Source of the DNA: the human T2T-CHM13v2.0 reference genome, Homo sapiens
Reading direction: 5' to 3' (one strand)
DNA length: 64,000 bases
NCBI RefSeq assembly: GCF_009914755.1
Contig: NC_060937.1
Notes under the pieces: generated by a model
What the model was told of the DNA's origin: nothing
The model's input: the letters and a program-made list of their open reading frames with translations, nothing else
Databases searched by the model: none
In this document: piece after piece, positions 13,551-26,207 of the stretch
How the letters are laid out: every line of letters begins with the position of its first letter
Numbering within the stretch: the stretch's first letter is position 1
Program-made: the position numbers and the translations under genes

Positions 13551-14977
13551 TTGAGTAGGCTCTGTCAGAGGGAAAGTGTAGGGCTCAAGACTGTTGTTCA
13601 GATTCTTTTGTCTCATGGGGGGTTCCCTTGATGTAGTACTCTCCCCCTTTTCCTAGGGATGTGGCTTCCTGAGAGCCGAGCTGTAGCAATTGTTATCTCT
13701 CTTCTGGATCTAGCCACCCAGCAGGTCTACCAGTCTCTGGGCTGGTACTGAGAGGTGTCTGCAAAGAGTCCTGTGATGTGAGCCATCTGTGTGTCTCTCA
13801 GTTGTGGATACCAGTACCTGCTCCAGTGGAGGTAGCAGTGGGGTGAAATAGACTCTGTGAGGGTCCTTAGTTTTTTTGTGTGTGCTGGGTGGCCTCCTGC
13901 TGGGAGGTGACATTTTCAAGACAGCATCAGCTGTGGTAGTATAGAGAGGATCAAGTGGTGGGCAGGGCCCTAGAACTCCCAAGAGTATATGTCCTTGGTC
14001 TTCAGCTACCGGCATGGGTAAGAAAAGGCCATCGGGTGGGGGCAGGGCTAGGTGTGTCTGAGCTCAGACTCTCCTTGGGCAGGTCTTGCTGTGGCTGCTG
14101 TAGAAGATAGGGGTGTGGTTCCCATGTCAATGGAGTTATGTTCCTAGGAGAATTATGGCTGCCTTTGCTATGTCATGCAGGTTGTCAGGGAAGTGGAGGA
14201 AAGCTGGCTGTCACAGGCCTCACCCAGCTCTTATGAAACCCAGAAGGCTGGTCTCACTCCTACCATGCCCTCCACAACAGCACCAAGTCTATTTCCAGGC
14301 AGTGGGCAAGCAGGGCTGAGAACTCACCCCAGGCTACCAGCCTCCCATCCTCCCAGCCTCCCAGCTGCAAAAGCAAGTAAGGCTTTCATGCTTCCCCACC
14401 TGTGGAGTCTGCTCACTGGATTCACACTCTCCCCTAAGTTCTGGCCAGGAGGCTTCTTGTTCGGTTAGAATTGTTGCAAAGTTCAGATGGAGGTTTCCTT
14501 CTCCCTGTGGCTTTTCCCAGTTCCACTGGCAGCCCTCCCCAAGTAGCCCTGTGAGACAAGTCAGAAACGGCTTCCCTGGTAACCCAGCAACTCCACAAGG
14601 CTTTTCCTGCTGCTTCCTCTACCCCTGTATTTCATTCAGCTCTCTACATTGACTCAGCTCCAGGTAAAGTCAGAATCTTCTCCCGTGATCTAGACCTTCA
14701 GGTTCCCCCGTGAGGGTGTGCGTTTGGAGGTGGACGATCTTCCTTTCCTGCTTCCACAGTTTGGGCACTCACAGTATTTGGGGTGTCTCCTGGGTCCTGC
14801 AGGAGCAATCCACTTCCTTCAGAGGGTCTGTGGGTTCTCTCGGCTTTCCTGAATTATTCCTGCAGTAGTTCTGGAGCAAAAGTTCATGATGCGAGTCAAC
14901 ACATGTTGCTCTGTCCATCTGAGTGGGAGCTGCAATCTAGTCATGCCTCCTGTCCGCTATGATCCCTCCAAAGTCCC

Positions 14978-15180
14978 TGTAATTTATTTTTTAACCACTC
15001 TGTAAGTGAGGGTCATTAGATTTACTTCCAATTTTTTTTCTCCGATAATCATTCCCAATGCTTCCAAACAATGCCATGATGAGCGTTATCTCCCAGGTGT
15101 TACACTTCGGGAGTGTTTCTGTAGCGTGAATTCCTAGGAGTGGAAATGTGAACCGCTGAGAGCAATGAAATGTTAACACT
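14978..15180 (-). mobile_element. Old L1M (L1ME-like) fragment, second half
   Basis: ttaaccactc...ggtcattagatttacttccaatttt...acaatgccatgatgagc...ttcctaggagtggaaatg continues the 8065-8222 fragment. Confidence 0.5.
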
Positions 15181-15470
15181 GCTGCCAGTAGTGCTGCCTG
15201 CCCAGTTTTTGCCACTCTCGTCTTAGTGCTCATCAATTAGGGTCCGTTCCCATTTCTACCATCTTGCAAGCATGACCAGGGAGCCCTCACAAACACCAAA
15301 CCTTTTCATTTCCCAACCTAAAAACAATCCCCCAGTGTCAACATAATCCATAAGTTTGGGAAAAAAATGGGTGTTTTTCCCCAATGCAACTTCCTCCAGG
15401 CCCAGGCTGCCTTGCACATGTTGCAATGGGAGCTCTGGTTTCTCAGCTCCAAAGCTCATCTGTACTTCTC

Positions 15471-15493
15471 TGTGTGTGTGTGTGTGTGTGTGT
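15471..15493. repeat. (TG)n microsatellite
   Basis: About 11 TG units. Confidence 0.95.
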
Positions 15494-16419
15494 TTTTTGT
15501 TTATTTTGTTTCCTTGGTGAAAGGCTGATGACTAAATTAAAAGCTTTCCTGAATTCCGTCGGTTGACTCCAGCTTTCCCCTAGCTGTGCACTTAGAGGGT
15601 TTAGCTGCGCGTTCCAAGCCAGCTGGTGCCCAGGGCTCCCCTGTTTCCATCTGCTGAGTGCGGGCACCTGCCAGGCGGCCATCAGCACCCGAGGGCCTGG
15701 AGGTGGGAAGGGCTTTGTACCCACTGAGCGGCCCCTTCAGGGCTGCAGGCTCCCTGGCTTCAGGTCTCTGTGATATGAGCAGACAGAGGGAATCTGGGAG
15801 CAAGCTCAGACATGCTGTGCTCTCCTCGGACCTGTGTGTTTCTAGGTGGCCTGACTCACAGGGTAAGTTTGAGGAGTGAATGAATCCTATGGACTAATGT
15901 TTGTAAACTGTGTAAAAAGCACCTTGCAAGGTAAGCACTAAAGAAGTGTTTTCAGAATGAAGAAGTAAAATAGGAGGAAAGCCTTCTTGCATTATTATTA
16001 TTATTATAACATAAACACTAGATCTTTATCAGTTTTTTAAAGGGGCTGAATTCTTCATTTTTTCCCTAGTCAATTCATTGAGTGTTTAACAAATCCTTCA
16101 TTTATCAGGTTAAACATACAATAAAATTCGGATTTACCAGAGAGGATTCATACCTGAATAAACTGTGATTTCACATGCAAGAGAAGAATTTACTTTTTTA
16201 TTAGGGAAATTGACTATTGGCAGTAATAGGTAAATAAGAACCAAACAAGGTAATACTACGGGTTTATTTTTAACTCCTATCCTTTACACAATTAGAAGAG
16301 AGAACAATACAAGAAAACTCATGCAAACTTCCATCTGGCAATTATCAATATTTTACCATCATGTTTTAGCAGTTTCCCCTCCCAGTTCGACTTCATTTTT
16401 TCTAGATCATGTTAGAGGA

Positions 16420-16583
16420 GTGCCTTTCAAACTTTCCTCTGCCTCTGCAACACCCGGGCATGGTGCCGAAGTGCAGGTTCTGTGTTAGCAGATCTGGGAG
16501 AGACCTGAGACTCCACGTTTCTAACAGGCTCCTGAGCCCACCTCCCAGGTGGCGCAGACTGCACTGGCCAGATTTTAAGGCAA
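16420..16583. mobile_element. MER5-family (MER5A1-like) fragment
   Basis: tttcaaacttt...gcaggttctgtgttagcagatctggg...cctgagactccacgtttctaacaggctcc. Confidence 0.5.
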
Positions 16584-16859
16584 AACACGGCCATCAGATC
16601 AATTGCTGACACCAGGTACTTTTTTAAGTATAAAAGAAAATAAAGAAATAAATTCAAACTAGTGTCCTCCACCTCCGGCACACACATCTCAGCATTTTAT
16701 AACAAGAATGGGCATCCAGCGTGATGACTCACAGGACTGTGAGATTTAGAACAAGCCAAACAGAGTAAATGTGTTTTCCATATTCACAAAGGCAGAAAAA
16801 AAATATCCTTACACATTTTACAAAGATTTCTAACAGCACCTCTCAAAAACAAGAATCAT

Positions 16860-16939
16860 ATCTGGGTTAATTGTGCTAAGCAAGAAAAAAATGTAAGATC
16901 TGGGTTAATTGTGCTATGCAGGAAAAAAATACAAGATCT
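16860..16939. repeat. 38-bp tandem duplication
   Basis: atctgggttaattgtgcta-agcaagaaaaaaatgtaag, two copies with 4 mismatches. Confidence 0.9.
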
Positions 16940-17514
16940 ACCCAAATGCCTTATTTTCTGAGCATTCCCATTCATTGGATTTTCCTGCTGGGTGGCGTCT
17001 CAGAGCCAGAGCTCTGGCAGGCACAGCCCTGGGCTGGGGCTCCAGCATCCGTTAGTGTCCCCGCCTGCGGGGAAGCCGCTCTGCCACTCACCTGGCTCCA
17101 CTTCTCCTACAGGTGTGTCTCCACGGCATCTGCATTTATTTCCTCCTGTGGCAGGGATTTTAGCTGGTCCCCAAAGGAACATTTTTTTTATTTTAATGGT
17201 TATAAATTTATTCTAATCTCTATTAGGTGAAAAAAACCCTAAAACTAGCACTTCAAAGTGATAATTTCCCAAGTATTATTGCTAAGTACAAAAAAAAATG
17301 AGCCAATTTGAAGTCAACCTAAAAAAATATTAAGTAAATAGCAGTAAAGGTGGTTGGGGCTGTGGTGAGAGTTGTGGGCTGGTCATTGATGGCAGGACCC
17401 CAAGAGGCCACCACCCCTCATCGTCTGCACGTGAGGGAGGTCACTGCACTCCAGCCTGCCCGAGTAAGGACATCTCTGCTCTCTCAGCACTTAGTTTCCT
17501 GGACATGCATGTGT

Positions 17515-17988
17515 GCTCACTCACACACACACACACACACAGACATACACACTCACACAGAGACACACACACAGACATACACACTCACAGACATACACAC
17601 TCACAGAAACACACACACTCAGAGACATACACAGTCACACAGAGACACACACACACAGAGACATACTCACACAGAGACACAGACATACACACTCAGAGAC
17701 ACACATACACACAGACATACACACTTACACAGACACACACATATGCACTCAGATAAACACACTCAGAGAAACACACACACAGACATGCAGAGACACACAC
17801 ACAGACATACACACTCACACATACACACTCACAGAGACACACAGATACAGACATACACACAGACACACACACATATACTCACACAGAGACACAGACATAC
17901 ACACTCACACAGAGACACACACAGACATACACAGACACACACACACAGACATACACACTCACACAGAGACACACTCACACACACACAA
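17515..17988. repeat. Compound (CA)n-derived repeat, about 470 bp
   Basis: Recurrent cacacagagacacac / cagacatacacact blocks. Confidence 0.95.
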
Positions 17989-19527
17989 ACATCTTTTCTA
18001 TTTCTCATTGAATAGATACAGAATGACACACAGAATCATCTGCTTATTTAAATTTTCTGGTTAACTGAGAGTTAACCCTGATCTCTTTTTTATTTCAATA
18101 ATTCAGTTTAAAAATTTTGAAAAAAATTTTCATCGTCTACATATGCTTATTTACAAGATTTTTTTAAACTATGGAACTAACTCATGCTTGTTGTTTTAAA
18201 AAAAAAGTGCAAACAGAAAGAATGTATATGATTAAAAAAAAACCAAAGCAAGCCAAAAAAACATAGCAACTGCATCCTAGGAAATGAAACTTAATTCCAG
18301 TCTCTCTCGTGGCACACACACACATGCATACATTTGTGGACTGTGTAATCATGTGCCTTGTAGCACCTTCCTTGCACAATTGTCCCGTGTAGAAATTTCA
18401 GTTATCTCAGTTTAGTTAAATAACACCAGTTTCCCAAATTTCACTTACCATGGTATATGAGCTACAAATAATTGCATGGAATACAAACTTCAGTGCTAGC
18501 TCCTCAGTCATAAGTCACAGCTGTGTCTGTGACTGAGCTCCTGCACAGACAGCAAAGCATGCAGTTGTACCACCTCCTCATCTCCCAGGGACACCCCTAC
18601 GGCATTGTGCAGAGATGCATTCTCAACAGAGGGGATTGGCTGGCAAAGGCAGAGTGCACCAAAGAACTGGAAACTGGTAACAAGGAAAAGGAAATTCAAA
18701 CTGAACAGAAACAAGGTTTAAGAATAAAGCGCAACTGTGATACGAGGGACACTGCCCTTGGGCAGCTCGGAGGAATCGTGTCAGTGTGATGAGGGCAGTG
18801 GCTGTCACAGGATGGAGGCATCCCAGGGAAATGAGGCTGGCAAGACACTTCACACAAAAGGAACACTCGTGTTTCCTGGCCCTAAGGGTGCAAAGAGCAA
18901 AATACTGAGAAAGGAATCCGAATTCTCCAAGGCATAGAAAACATGCTCGCTCTAGACTGTAAGTTACACAGAGAGACAAAAAGCAAGCCCTGCGCTTGGT
19001 AATTTTTAACAAAGAAACATAACATTATTTCCCAGCATTTCCATTGTTTTAAACTACAGTGCACTAAATAAATATTAAATATTACAAATATATAATTATT
19101 TTTCACTGTCTATACAGGATAATTGACAGTAAGAGAGTTTTTAATGGTTTAACAACAACCTTCAGTGATCCCTGAACACCTGGAATGTCCCCATTGATGA
19201 CAAAGATCACTCTGCCTGGCTTCAGCTGGCATGGCCAGTGTTAGGCTCTGGCCCCACTGTGCAGAGTGAGGACTGCCTGTGTATTCAGAATGGAACTATT
19301 CTGCATTTAGTTCTTCTCACAACACATGGTACCTTTTTTCTGTGCCAGTGCCCATACGCATACCTTGTTCTTTTCCGTTGTTTTGTAGGAACTGACTGGA
19401 TTCCATAGGGTTGCCGTTCTTTATTCAACAAACCTTTCTCGATGGATTTTAGGAAGCCCCATTTTTAATTTGCTTTTTGCTATTACAGACTACCACAGAA
19501 GAGCACACGTGCCTGTGAGTGTGCATG

Positions 19528-19778
19528 CGCACACCCACACACAGTCACACAATCACACACACAACCACACACACACAATCACAAAATCACACTCGCACAC
19601 AATCACACAGTCACACACACAATCACACATATACACACAGACACACACAATCACACTTGCACACAATCACACACAGTCACACACACAATCACACATATAC
19701 ACACAGACACACACAATCACAAAATCACACACAATCACAAAATCACACACAATCACACACACACTCATACACACACAG
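19528..19778. repeat. Compound (CA)n-derived repeat with cacaatcacac unit
   Basis: Seen directly. Confidence 0.93.
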
Positions 19779-19949
19779 CACCAGCTCCTGCTGCTGCCCA
19801 GGCTGCAGTGCCCCCCTCCAGGCAGGAGCTCAGCCTGACGCCTCCTGCAGTCAGCTCGTGTTCTTCCTCACCCTCCTCCTCGCCTTCCTCTAACACTTGC
19901 TCCTAAGGTGGTAGTGAGTCTTTTCAGAGGCCAGTGTTGTAATCTCTTG

Positions 19950-20133
19950 TCCTGAGCTTGGTGACCCTGGACGATGGGCTTACCCTCTCTGGGCTCCAAT
20001 TTTCTCATCTATAAAATGGGGGTAATGGTATGGAATACATGGCTCTCAGAGTTGTTTTGGGATTAAATGAGGTGTTGTATCCAGAGTGTGTAGGATACTG
20101 ACTGGCATTTAGTAAATGTTCAACAAACAGTAG
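19950..20133 (+). mobile_element. MIR SINE
   Basis: ttttctcatctataaaatggggg...gttgttttgggattaaatgag...tggcatttagtaaatgttcaac. Confidence 0.85.
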
Positions 20134-20202
20134 AAACAACAAAAGTAGAGAGAGGTCCTCCTTTGTGTGGGCTTGTGGCCAGTGTCCTGTGACACTTCTA
20201 GG

Positions 20203-20413
20203 CCAGTTTCCCAGCCTCTGCACAATTGACATCGTGGGCTGGATGAGTCTTTGCTTTGCGAGGCCTGCCCTGTACTTTGTGGCACGTTTGGCAGCACCTC
20301 ACAGCCTCTACAATTAAATACCAGGAGCTCCCTTGCACCGTGACAATGTAAGATGTCTCCAGACATTGCCAAGTATCCCCAGAGACAAAATTGTCCCCAA
20401 TTGAGAACCACTG
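20203..20413 (-). mobile_element. MER20 (hAT-Charlie)
   Basis: gatgtctccagacattgccaagtatcccc...ttgagaaccactg is the terminus. Confidence 0.9.
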
Positions 20414-20974
20414 GCATAAGGTTATATCCCTTTGCTTTGAATATTATTTTATTTTCTACATCAAATTCTTAGCACACATTAGGGTGGGGTCACCTGGTGT
20501 CACAGACTCAAATAGTCACAGGGGCACAAAAAGCCATTCCAGAAAAACAGAGCAAATGAACAGGAAAAACAGTATTTCTAGGATAATTGGAGGAATGTGA
20601 AGCAGAGTATTAGATGAATTATTGTTCGTATTGAAAAGTGTGATGATGGTATCTGAAATTCTATGGTGGCTTTGATTTATTTCAGAATGCTTTATCAAAA
20701 AAACAGAAAAATCCACAGATGACAGGAGTACCTTGGGGGGAAACAGAACAGGGCCCAGAGGGTGCTCGGTCTGCAGGGGAGAAGGAGAAATGGAGTTTTG
20801 GTCACGGTGATTGGATGCATGTGGAGACGCTGGTGGTTGAGTCCAAGAGGGAAGTGGGCGTTGGGAGGGAAGTCAGGGAGGGGTCTAGGGCGGGGTTCTC
20901 CCCACATGGGCTGTGCCTGTGCAGAACATCCAGGAAGACAAAATTCCAAAAAGAGCTCAGACATGGCATCTCAC

Positions 20975-21065
20975 CCTCCCGGGTTCAAATCCTGGTCTTA
21001 CCTCTTCCTGCTTGCGTGAGTTTAGGCAGGGCACCGGCTCTCTCCCAGCCTCTGTCTCCACTTGC
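20975..21065 (+). mobile_element. MIR fragment
   Basis: gggttcaaatcctggtct...gtgagtttaggcagg. Confidence 0.6.
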
Positions 21066-21439
21066 ATACCAGGGGCTGTTTCATGCCCTGCCCGCCACAC
21101 TGCCTGAGGACCAAACAGGCGAGGCACAAACGCACGGGCGCACAGGCTCTGCCCACAGCCAGCACTCCCGGGAAGGGCACTGTCAGCGCTGGAAGAAGCA
21201 GAAACCACGTGCCTGGGTGAGGGCCCCAGGGAGGCAGGTTGAGTGGCAAGGGAAGGGGGTTGAAGACAAAGCCCTGAGAAATGCCACCGTCTATGGGACG
21301 GAGAAAAAGGGGCAGAAGAAACAGACATGAGTGGGTCTGAGGTGAAGGAGCGTGTCCTGAGCCAGGGAGCTCAGCGCTTCACAAACCGGGTGGCCACGCT
21401 GAGCTGGGATTCTAAGCAAGCCACCAAACTTCACTACAA

Positions 21440-21574
21440 ATGTATCCACGGAATACACTGGATTATTCTCAAATCATCTTTTTTATGTATCCACGGAATA
21501 CACTGGGTTATTCTCAAATCATCTTTTTTATGTAGCCACGGAATACACTGGGTTATTCTCAAATCACCTTTTTT
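21440..21574. repeat. 45-bp minisatellite x3
   Basis: atgtatccacggaatacactgg(a/g)ttattctcaaatcatctttttt, three near-identical copies. Confidence 0.97.
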
Positions 21575-21639
21575 GTTTCTGATGTTGCAATTAAAGGACT
21601 TCATTTGGATTTGTTTTGTCCACTTCCTGTTTACCCCAT

Positions 21640-22181
21640 TGGTGGGGGAAGGATTCCCACCCTAGGATGATGGAGACAAACACCCAACACCACACGCTGG
21701 ACAGACAAGATCAGCACAGGTTATTACTCACCAAAGGTCAGTACCGGTTACTAGTCACCCACGGTCAGCACCGGTTACTGGTCACCCGCGGTCAGCACGG
21801 GTTACTGGTCACCAACACAGCCTCAGGGAGGAGGACCCACACCCCCATGCAGGCCACACCAGGCTCCACGCAGGACAGACACAGCCTCAGGCACCACGGG
21901 TGGTAGGCTCCATAGGAACGAGAGGGTGGGGTCCCTGGTCCTTGCCGAAGGTGTGACGGGCTTGTTTGAGTCATTCTGGGGCTGACAGCATGGAGGCGGC
22001 TTCTCTGGGACCAGCAGGGCCTGTGCCCGTCCCTGGGGAGGAGGTGGCTGGCTGGCCCCTCATCCACAGTTGCAGGGTGGAGAGAGGAGCTTGCAGGTGA
22101 GCCCCTGGAGGCCTTCCCAGTCTCACCAGATGTCAAGGCAGCACATAAGACTGGGCCTTATTTTTAGGCAGTTACAACACA
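21640..22181. mobile_element. ERVL-class solo LTR (MER76-like)
   Basis: gggaggaggac...catgcaggccacac...ggcttgtttga...tcaccagatgtcaaggcagcacataa...ttttaggcagttacaacaca resembles my recollection of MER76; family name tentative. Confidence 0.6.
21709..21816. repeat. 27-bp minisatellite x4 inside the LTR
   Basis: Unit ggtcagcaccggttactggtcacccac. Confidence 0.92.
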
Positions 22182-23113
22182 AAACAGCGTTTATATTCCA
22201 AACAAGACACAGGTCATTGGCCCTACCTGCCATCTGGTGTGCCCTGGCCAGCTCAGCCGCCTGCCCGCATCCCTGGATGGGGCACTTGGCCCAACAGTGA
22301 CATCAGGTTAGCCTAGAAAGGACGCATCCAGTACACATGCTGGAGAAAACACTCCCGTGCCAGCCTTTCCCTAGTTTGCTCTACCTGGGCTCACACCAGC
22401 TGCCCAGCAAGTTAATTATGCAAGTTACTACACAGGTGGTTCTGAGCCCATCCTGCCTCCTCCGAGGCCACCTACACGGAATGTGGCCTCCATTGTTGTT
22501 TTATATTTTGTTGACTTATTTTTAGGCAGGTAGCGTTTGCACCTGGCACACGTTTTTAGGGCACGGGGTACACAATGGTAAACCCCTTCCAGCCTGCCCT
22601 CAGCGGGCGCCTCTCCCAGGACAGCCAGTGTTTGTGCTATGCCATTCGCAAAAATACATGAAAGGTGATTTGCTGCAGTCAGGTGAGCTCCACGATGTCC
22701 TAACATCACAATTTTTTTTCAACGCCACCTGCTAACCCACGAGTCACTGAAGGGCACACAGAGTTTACTGAAACGCAGCCCACGTGTGACTGGGCTCACA
22801 GGTGAATGCGGCCCATGAAGGCCCGGCCAGTCCTCACCTGAGCAGCCCCCTGTCCACTCACTGACACAGAATCTATTTATCCTGCCTGCTACTTTCGAGG
22901 CTGACCTGTTACCCAGCCCCAAGCGAGCGGCCGTTTGCTGACCTGATAGAAGCTCATGTGCAGGGTCCTCGCACGTTTCCACTCATTCTCACTGGCCGTG
23001 CCCACTGCACTGGGGCTTCTCGTGTAACAAAAATGACAGCAAGCCCCCCTCAGCCCCCACAAGCCCCCACGCAGGTGAACAATGCGCATGGCATCACGTG
23101 CATTTTTCTTTGC

Positions 23114-23146
<33 letters not shown>

Positions 23147-24137
23147 GCTGTTCATTGCTTAGAGAATCATGGCTGCAACCTGAGGATAATGTGGGAAGAG
23201 AAACCTCTCTGGCCTGAGCTCAGAGAAAACAACTAATGTTGGGCAGCAATTGTGACTTCTCAGGAGCCCAGCAGCATTCTCAGATGTCGGGTGTCCAGTG
23301 ATGCCCAGAGAATCGAGAATTAAAGACCCCACAATCATCCCAGCATTTTTAAAAGCATTTCCCTGTTCTCTTCCGCTGTTTAAATTTGAACGTTCTTTCT
23401 CCTGATGGTGCCATCTGCTTCCCTCACAAGGGCCCCATCTCCAGTGATGACTGCAGCCTCTGTTTCTAACCCCACTCACTCCACATGAGGAGTTTTTTAA
23501 GTGGACTGATGTGAGGGAAAATGTAATAAAGTTGCTTGGATTCAAAGAGCAAAGCAGAGAGGACGTGAATGAGTCACATCCCAAGGCTCCCTCATTCGAG
23601 CTCCCATTCAGCAATTGCCAAACCCAGCATCCACCCTCCACGCGATCATTACTGGGTTTTGGTCAGTACCAGAAAGGAGGTGGTTGGGACGGTCTGTGAT
23701 GCTCAGCTTTTCTGAGAGAGGATGAAAGAAGGGAGAGAATGAAAGCTGTCTTCCCACTGTTGAGCTTGTCAAAGCCAATGTGTAATTAATTCTCTCCCAC
23801 GTGGTCTCAGAGGACCGTTCCCATGCACTGGGAACCCGCAGCTGCTCCTGCAAGGTGAGCACATGGAGCTTCTGTTTCCCTCCAGCCAACACACACTGGG
23901 GTCAGCTTGCGGCCGGATTTTGGAGCCATTTCCCACCCATCATTCTAAGCTTCTACCGGGGCCTCCCTAGAGGGGTTCTGTGGGCCAGCACTGCAGGGGC
24001 CACAACCACAGCCACACACAGCCTCCCCATGACACCTCCCACTGCCTCTCCATCCCCAGGAACCTGCAAGCTCCAGGGATCTCAGCGTTTTGAGAGTACA
24101 GAATCTGGAGAAATTTAATATCAAAAATAAAAGTGCA

Positions 24138-24950
<813 letters not shown>

Positions 24951-25142
24951 GGAAGCCGCCATTCCTGCGCCACCCACCCCTGCAGTAGACCTAGAGCCTG
25001 CATCAGTCACACAAGGCTTTGGTCTAATTTTCATTATCTGTAGAAAAGAAGAGATGGGTAGAAAAGGGATTGCAAGAGAAAAAGCACTTTGAACCCAACA
25101 TGAAAAACAGATCATAGTGGTGGGGGGCAGGGAAGCAATGTC

Positions 25143-25238
25143 CACCTGCCACAGCCTCTCCCCTGGCACCTGCCGCAGCGTGTCCCCTGGCACCTGCCAC
25201 AACCTCTCCCCTGGCACCTGCCACAGCCTCTCCCCTGG
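25143..25238. repeat. 24-bp minisatellite x4
   Basis: Unit cacctgccacagcctctcccctgg. Confidence 0.95.
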
Positions 25239-25375
25239 CGGCATCTTCAGAGAACCCAGGAGGAAAGCCCTTACTATCCACTCCACAGTCATGGAGACGC
25301 GCGATGCTCTAGATCATGGAATGACGAATTAATTCACTGTCAAAGTGCATCACAGCACAAAATACTGTAAGAGAG

Positions 25376-25423
<48 letters not shown>
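25376..25423. repeat. (TG)n(AG)n compound microsatellite
   Basis: Seen directly. Confidence 0.95.
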
Positions 25424-26130
25424 TAACTGGCATCTAAAAGGTTTTCTTTACTGCAGGATGTTGTTTCGTGTTTGAGCATCTGCCAGCGTGTGTATATGTG
25501 TAAGAGGGATGATATTATCAGCATCTTTTTGGTTAACATTAGTTTGCAATCCCCCCAAGGCCTGGCAGGTGTGAATGTGTCTGTAGCCATGTTCGTCCAT
25601 GTGTGCAATTTACAAACGTCCAGTCCCAAGTGAGGAGAGGAGCTGTGCGAGAGTGGGGAGCCCCGACCGACCCACAACCAGCAGCCTCAGCAAGAGCCGC
25701 TGACTGAAAACGCGTTCTCCCCGACACGTTTTACGGCTGTTTTCCGGGTCTTCAGTCTGTTTCCACTTCAGCCCCGCCTCCAGCATTCTTATTGGAAAAA
25801 GGTGAACAGGGGAAAGTTAACAGAACCATCGTGGAACTTCCACCACACAACCATTGCTTCTCAGCTTTTGACATGCACAGCAATCCTGTGGCCTCCACTG
25901 ACATGATCTGAAACACCTAAACAGGCTAAACACTACATCTAAAATCAAGTCCTAGCAATTATCATATCGCCTATAGTTTCTGAGGCACTGCATGGCCACG
26001 TGCTTCCGACGTACCGGTGGGTGGGGTACGGGGAGGCGCCATACCTGGATGTACATCGTCTACCCCTGTGATGAAAGATCCTTTCTGATGCTATGAAGGG
26101 GCACAGGCCCCCAAGGCAGAATCACTCCCG

Positions 26131-26207
26131 TTTTGCTGTGTGATAGTCATAATCCATTTTGCTGTGTGATAGTCATAATCCATTTTGCTGTGTGATAGTC
26201 ATAATCA
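26131..26207. repeat. 26-bp minisatellite x3
   Basis: Unit ttttgctgtgtgatagtcataatcca, essentially perfect. Confidence 0.97.

Larger units (their letters stand above)
8796..14969 (-). mobile_element. Near full-length decayed LINE-1, L1PB family (L1PB1-like 3' end, L1PBa-like 5' UTR)
   Basis: 3' end tttatttccataggttattggggaacaggtgg...ttctttagtggtgattt; 5' end (rc) gggatcatagcggacaggaggcatgactagattgcagctcccactc; ORF1 and ORF2 fragments are colinear. Confidence 0.93.

Noticed and set aside
17350-18064. 221-aa and 183-aa ORFs
   Set aside because: (CA)n-derived translation.
20719-21330. 203-aa ATG-initiated ORF
   Set aside because: Runs through a MIR fragment; no domain or exon evidence.
23114-23138. 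Orphan T25 as a processed-pseudogene tail
   Set aside because: No polyadenylation signal, TSD or recognisable mRNA body adjacent.
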